A DNA stretch of 27,886 nt from positions 1 to 27,886 of IMG/VR virus record IMGVR_UViG_3300047272_000419; one strand, written 5' to 3'. Under the pieces are notes generated by a model. The model did no database searches. It was not told the DNA's origin and saw only the letters and a list, made by a program, of their open reading frames with translations. The stretch is from a virus. Taxonomy: Duplodnaviria; Caudoviricetes. Of the stretch, positions 24,560 to 27,886 are shown in pieces. Made by a program: the position numbers and the translations under genes. Numbering within the stretch: position 1 is the first letter of the stretch; the number at the start of each line of letters is the position of its first letter.

Positions 24560-25158
24560 ACCCGAACGCAGGACAAGGATCCGCCTGGAAAGGCGGAGTC
24601 ACCGTCAACGACGCCGACACCGGCCGGATCGTGCCGACCATGAACCTCACCGAGATGCAGGCCAAGTTCGTCGAGGCCTACGTCGAGAACGGAGGCAACG
24701 GCACCCAGGCCGCGATCACCGCCGGCTACTCCCAGGACTGCGCCCGCGTCCAGGCACAGCAGAACCTCGAGCGACCGAAGATCCGCCTGGCCGTCGAACA
24801 GCTACGCGATCAGAAGATCAAGACCGACGGGGCGACGCGCGCCTGGCAGACCATGTACAACATGCTCAACGATCCTTCGGCGCCGGCACAGGCCCGGTTC
24901 CAGGCCGCGCGCTGGGTGCTCGAGGCCTCCGGCCATGGGCTGTCCGCGGTCGCGGCCGGCCTCCAGCTGGGGCTCCAGAAGTCCAAGAAGGATCTGTCCC
25001 AGATGTCCATCCATGAGCTCGAGGAGCTGATCCGCAACGGCCAGGCCTCCTTCGAGTCGATCAAGACCACCGTCAAGACCGTCGTCAAGGGGCACGAGAA
25101 ATCCCTTGAGATCGACGGGCGCCCGGTCATTGATGTGCCCCCTTCCCAACATGAGTGA
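24556..25158 (+). CDS. Terminase small subunit-like protein
   Basis: LTEMQAKFVEAYVENGGNGTQAAITAGYS...AQQNLERPKI is the TerS N-terminal HTH signature; ATGA overlap at 24556. Confidence 0.75.
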   Translation: MNPNAGQGSAWKGGVTVNDADTGRIVPTMNLTEMQAKFVEAYVENGGNGTQAAITAGYSQDCARVQAQQNLERPKIRLAVEQLRDQKIKTDGATRAWQTMYNMLNDPSAPAQARFQAARWVLEASGHGLSAVAAGLQLGLQKSKKDLSQMSIHELEELIRNGQASFESIKTTVKTVVKGHEKSLEIDGRPVIDVPPSQHE

Positions 25159-25378
25159 TACCGATAACATCAACCGCCTGGGCTTCGAGGCCTGGGCTGA
25201 CAACCTGATCGTCAACATGATCGAGGACCTGGCGCCGAAGCTCGACCGCGAGTCCGTCGCCGTGCGTTGCGAGAAGTACGCCGAAGAGACGTGCTACGTC
25301 GTCAGCGCCTACGTCGCCGGCCATGGCTGGCTGACCCATCACCGCACCGTCAAGCACGCGAAAGGAGATGCGTCGTGA
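25151..25378 (+). CDS. Hypothetical protein
   Basis: CCCAAC-ATG start; coupled to neighbours. Confidence 0.65.
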   Translation: MSDTDNINRLGFEAWADNLIVNMIEDLAPKLDRESVAVRCEKYAEETCYVVSAYVAGHGWLTHHRTVKHAKGDAS

Positions 25379-26010
25379 GCAATCTCCCTAACTACGACGA
25401 GCTCGTGGCCGTGCGCCTGGAGCTCGCGCGGATCCGGGATCACCGGGACGCGCTCCAGGCCGGCCTGACCAAGGAGATCCGCGAGCTGATCCGGTCCGAG
25501 CTGTCCGCCCAGCTCGACGCCGTCAGCTGTCAGCTCGTCGAGCGCGACGACCTGAAGGCCGAGAACGCCCGCCTCAGGGCCGAGGTCGAGAACCTGAAGA
25601 AACCCGCCGTCATCGGAGGATACAACATCTCCGAATACATCCGCATGGCCAACTCCGAGACGCTTGAGTTCGACAACGGGGACATGTTCGCAGACATGAC
25701 GCTCCCAGAGCGTATCAAATACATCGTTGAGTCACACGCACGCCTTCGCTCCGTGGCCGAGGACAACAAGCGTGAGTGCGAAGCGACCCGCATCGAGAAC
25801 GCCCGCCTCAAGGCCGAGGTCGAGCGGCTTAAAGAGGGCAACGAGTGCCTTGACCAGATGCACGAAAAGGAAATGGCAAGGTCGGCTTTCCTGTGCGAAC
25901 AGGTCGAGCGTCTGACCAAGGCTGTGATGCACTCCCCTGCGGCTCAACTCAAACTCAAGGAACTTGAAGGCAAGACCACCTACGAGGAAATCAACCCAGA
26001 CAACCAATGA
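25375..26010 (+). CDS. Coiled-coil hypothetical protein with ARLKAEVE repeats
   Basis: AAGGAG upstream of GTG 25375 (GTGA overlap). Confidence 0.7.
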   Translation: MSNLPNYDELVAVRLELARIRDHRDALQAGLTKEIRELIRSELSAQLDAVSCQLVERDDLKAENARLRAEVENLKKPAVIGGYNISEYIRMANSETLEFDNGDMFADMTLPERIKYIVESHARLRSVAEDNKRECEATRIENARLKAEVERLKEGNECLDQMHEKEMARSAFLCEQVERLTKAVMHSPAAQLKLKELEGKTTYEEINPDNQ

Positions 26011-26131
26011 GCGAACCAATGCGATTCAGTCTCAAGCATCACGGACAACTGTCCTGCGTTGAGCATTGTCCAGAAGGCGAGTATGTCCTGCACTCCGACT
26101 ACGCCAGACTCAAGGCCGAGGTCGAGCGGCT
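25561..26131 (+). repeat. Three dispersed copies of a ~30-bp repeat encoding ARL[KR]AEVE
   Basis: 25561-25590 vs 25795-25824 match 29/30; 25807-25829 is identical to 26109-26131 (23 bp). Confidence 0.85.
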
Positions 26132-26276
26132 CCGCGCCGGATCCTTCGTCACGGCCGTGCCGGCCGAAGAGCACGAGAAGCTCCGGTCCGAGCTCGATCT
26201 GATCTACAGCCTGGACCCCATGATCCGCGAAGCCGTCGCGTCCGCCAAGCTCGCCCGGGAAGGAGGCCGGCCGTGA
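26007..26276 (+). CDS. Hypothetical protein
   Basis: ATGA overlap; GEYVLHSDYARLKAEVERL. Confidence 0.7.
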   Translation: MSEPMRFSLKHHGQLSCVEHCPEGEYVLHSDYARLKAEVERLRAGSFVTAVPAEEHEKLRSELDLIYSLDPMIREAVASAKLAREGGRP

Positions 26277-26533
26277 GCGAAAGCATGACCGACTACGCCC
26301 GCATGCTTGTGCTGGCCGACGACGTGAAGCGGATCGAGAGAGAGAAGCGTCTCATGGCTTCATGCCGGAACATCGAGGTCGCCGAACTGCGCGCCAAGAT
26401 CGACAGGCTTACCAAGGCCGGCGAGAAGCTCGCACGCAAGCGCGCCGGAGGCACGTACCGCCGGCGCTGGAGAGAGATCGGCGACCCGCTCCTGGCCGAA
26501 TGGCTGGACGCCACGGAAGGGGGCGCATCGTGA
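26273..26533 (+). CDS. Hypothetical protein
   Basis: AGGAGG upstream of GTG 26273; GTGA overlaps at both ends. Confidence 0.65.
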   Translation: MSESMTDYARMLVLADDVKRIEREKRLMASCRNIEVAELRAKIDRLTKAGEKLARKRAGGTYRRRWREIGDPLLAEWLDATEGGAS

Positions 26534-26787
26534 CCGCCGAGTTTGAGCTGGAGCACCTGGGCGAGATGTACTGGGTCGAGGTCAGCTTCTCCAAGACCTA
26601 CGTCGACGACAGCTTCGACTGCCACATTAACGGCCGGCCAGGCACGCACAAGTGCGGACACTGGGAGCCGGATCAGGACAGCCTGGAGGTCGAGTCATGC
26701 ACCGACGGCGAGGGCGTCGAGGTGCACGTCGACAACGACCTGATGTCCGCGATCTCCGAGCGCGTGGGGGAGCTGGACCTGTCATGA
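26530..26787 (+). CDS. Acidic hypothetical protein
   Basis: GTG start overlapping the upstream stop. Confidence 0.65.
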   Translation: MTAEFELEHLGEMYWVEVSFSKTYVDDSFDCHINGRPGTHKCGHWEPDQDSLEVESCTDGEGVEVHVDNDLMSAISERVGELDLS

Positions 26788-26990
26788 TCCACGAGTTCCG
26801 CAACCCGATCCCGGTCGAGACCCCGCTAGGCTACGGCCTGCTGATCTACGTCCGGGACGGGGGCACCTTCTGCAACGACGTCTTCGCGATCGTCCTCGAC
26901 GAGGACGGCGTGATCCGGCACATGACCACAGACCAGTTCAAGCTGATCCGTAACGACACCTTCGGGATCCGCGACCAGGGCAAGGCATGA
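26784..26990 (+). CDS. Hypothetical protein (68 aa)
   Basis: ATGA overlap; MIHEFRNPIPVETPLG. Confidence 0.7.
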   Translation: MIHEFRNPIPVETPLGYGLLIYVRDGGTFCNDVFAIVLDEDGVIRHMTTDQFKLIRNDTFGIRDQGKA

Positions 26991-27190
26991 GCAAGGCGAC
27001 CGAGGCCCGCGCGCGTCCCGGCCTGAAGGGCCTGACCCCATGGGAGCAGACCCTGGTCGAGCGCACGCGCGCCCAGGATCTGGCCCGGTGGGCTGAGCTC
27101 TTCGCCCGGAACAAGTGGGCGCCGGCCGATCCGGATTTGAGGACGCGAAGCGCGTCCTCGTCGCGTCCTCGTGCGTCCTCGAGCGTTTGA
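26987..27190 (+). CDS. Hypothetical protein running into the repeat cluster
   Basis: ATGA overlap; the C-terminus is encoded by the GCGTCCTC repeats. Confidence 0.5.
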   Translation: MSKATEARARPGLKGLTPWEQTLVERTRAQDLARWAELFARNKWAPADPDLRTRSASSSRPRASSSV

Positions 27191-27381
27191 GGACGCGGGG
27201 TCACTTCCGTAAGTGACGTAACGACAGTTGGTTAAGTGAGGTTTTCAAAACGAGGACGCGAGGACGCAGGTTTTTTCGATCGTCGCGTCCTCAAGTTAAG
27301 TCACTGATAGCACGTCACTTAACTCACTTTTTCTGAGCTCGAGGACGCCGAGGACATACATAGTATGTACCTAGCGTCCTT
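27139..27381. repeat. Iteron-like GAGGACGC cluster; putative replication origin or protein-binding array
   Basis: Nine perfect copies (+27139, -27152, -27163, -27173, +27189, +27252, +27260, -27285, +27341) and two imperfect (27350, 27374), with AT-rich spacers and AAGTGA/TCACTT motifs. Confidence 0.8.
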
Positions 27382-27463
27382 GGGGCACGCCCCTAGGGGT
27401 GCCGATCCGCTGGTTACCATACAACCCAACCCCGTCCCCGGATCTCTTGCACCTGGCTGTCAC

Positions 27464-27880
27464 ATGTCACACAACCTACCAGTGCAACCCATCATGCTCC
27501 AGGTCGACGGGATCCCCAGGCCTCAGCCCCGCCCTAGGTTTGTCCGGGGCCGGGTGATCTCCTGCGCCGACGCCAATGCCAAGCGCTGGATCTCCGCGGT
27601 CGAGGCTAAGGCCGGCGAGCTGAGGCACCAGGACGCCCCGCTGAAGGGGGGATTGTTCGTAGGCCTAGACTTTACCTTCCCGGCCGGCAAAGGGCGCCAG
27701 GAGGGCGAGCCACACACCTCCAGGCCTGACGCCGACAACCTGGCCAAGCTGGTGCTCGACTGCCTCATGCGCGCCGGCCTGATCGGCGACGACGCGGTGG
27801 TCTCGTGCCTCATGATCCGGAAGAGCTACGGCGCCAAGCCCGGCGTCCTGATCTATCTCAACCAGGATCGGCGCGCATGA
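27464..27880 (+). CDS. rusA: RusA-family Holliday junction resolvase
   Basis: GIPRPQPRPRF...RPDADNLAKLVLDCL...IGDDAVV...KSYG. Confidence 0.88.
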   Translation: MSHNLPVQPIMLQVDGIPRPQPRPRFVRGRVISCADANAKRWISAVEAKAGELRHQDAPLKGGLFVGLDFTFPAGKGRQEGEPHTSRPDADNLAKLVLDCLMRAGLIGDDAVVSCLMIRKSYGAKPGVLIYLNQDRRA

Positions 27881-27886
27881 GGCAGT

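Noticed and set aside
27139-27381. CRISPR array
   Set aside because: Repeats are only 8 bp, in mixed orientation, with irregular spacing.

Overview
GC-rich tailed-phage (probably temperate, podovirus-like) genome segment. Left arm (1-12146): the end of a putative internal virion protein, then a 3751-aa giant 'polyvalent' protein. That protein is divided by seven S-[AE]-R-D-[DE] motifs into modules: an HhH-glycosylase-like domain, an HExxH metallopeptidase, two paralogous unknown domains, two ADP-ribosyltransferase-like domains and GNAT-like domains. Next come an Nmad1/DUF1599 gene, an HNH gene, a lysis-like cassette (small membrane protein, lipoprotein with C-terminal TM helices, small HExxH protein, holin) and a minus-strand tyrosine integrase divergent from a Cro-like HTH gene. 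The recombination/replication module follows (AAA_24/Sak4-like ATPase, SSB-like protein, a ~570-nt structured non-coding region, SF2 helicase, Cas4-like nuclease, primase-helicase). The right end holds small accessory genes, a lysozyme-like gene, a TerS-like gene, an iteron-like GAGGACGC cluster and a RusA-like resolvase. The best candidate for a new system is the SARD-delimited effector polyprotein with its own protease. All domain calls come from motif recognition by eye; no database searches were run.
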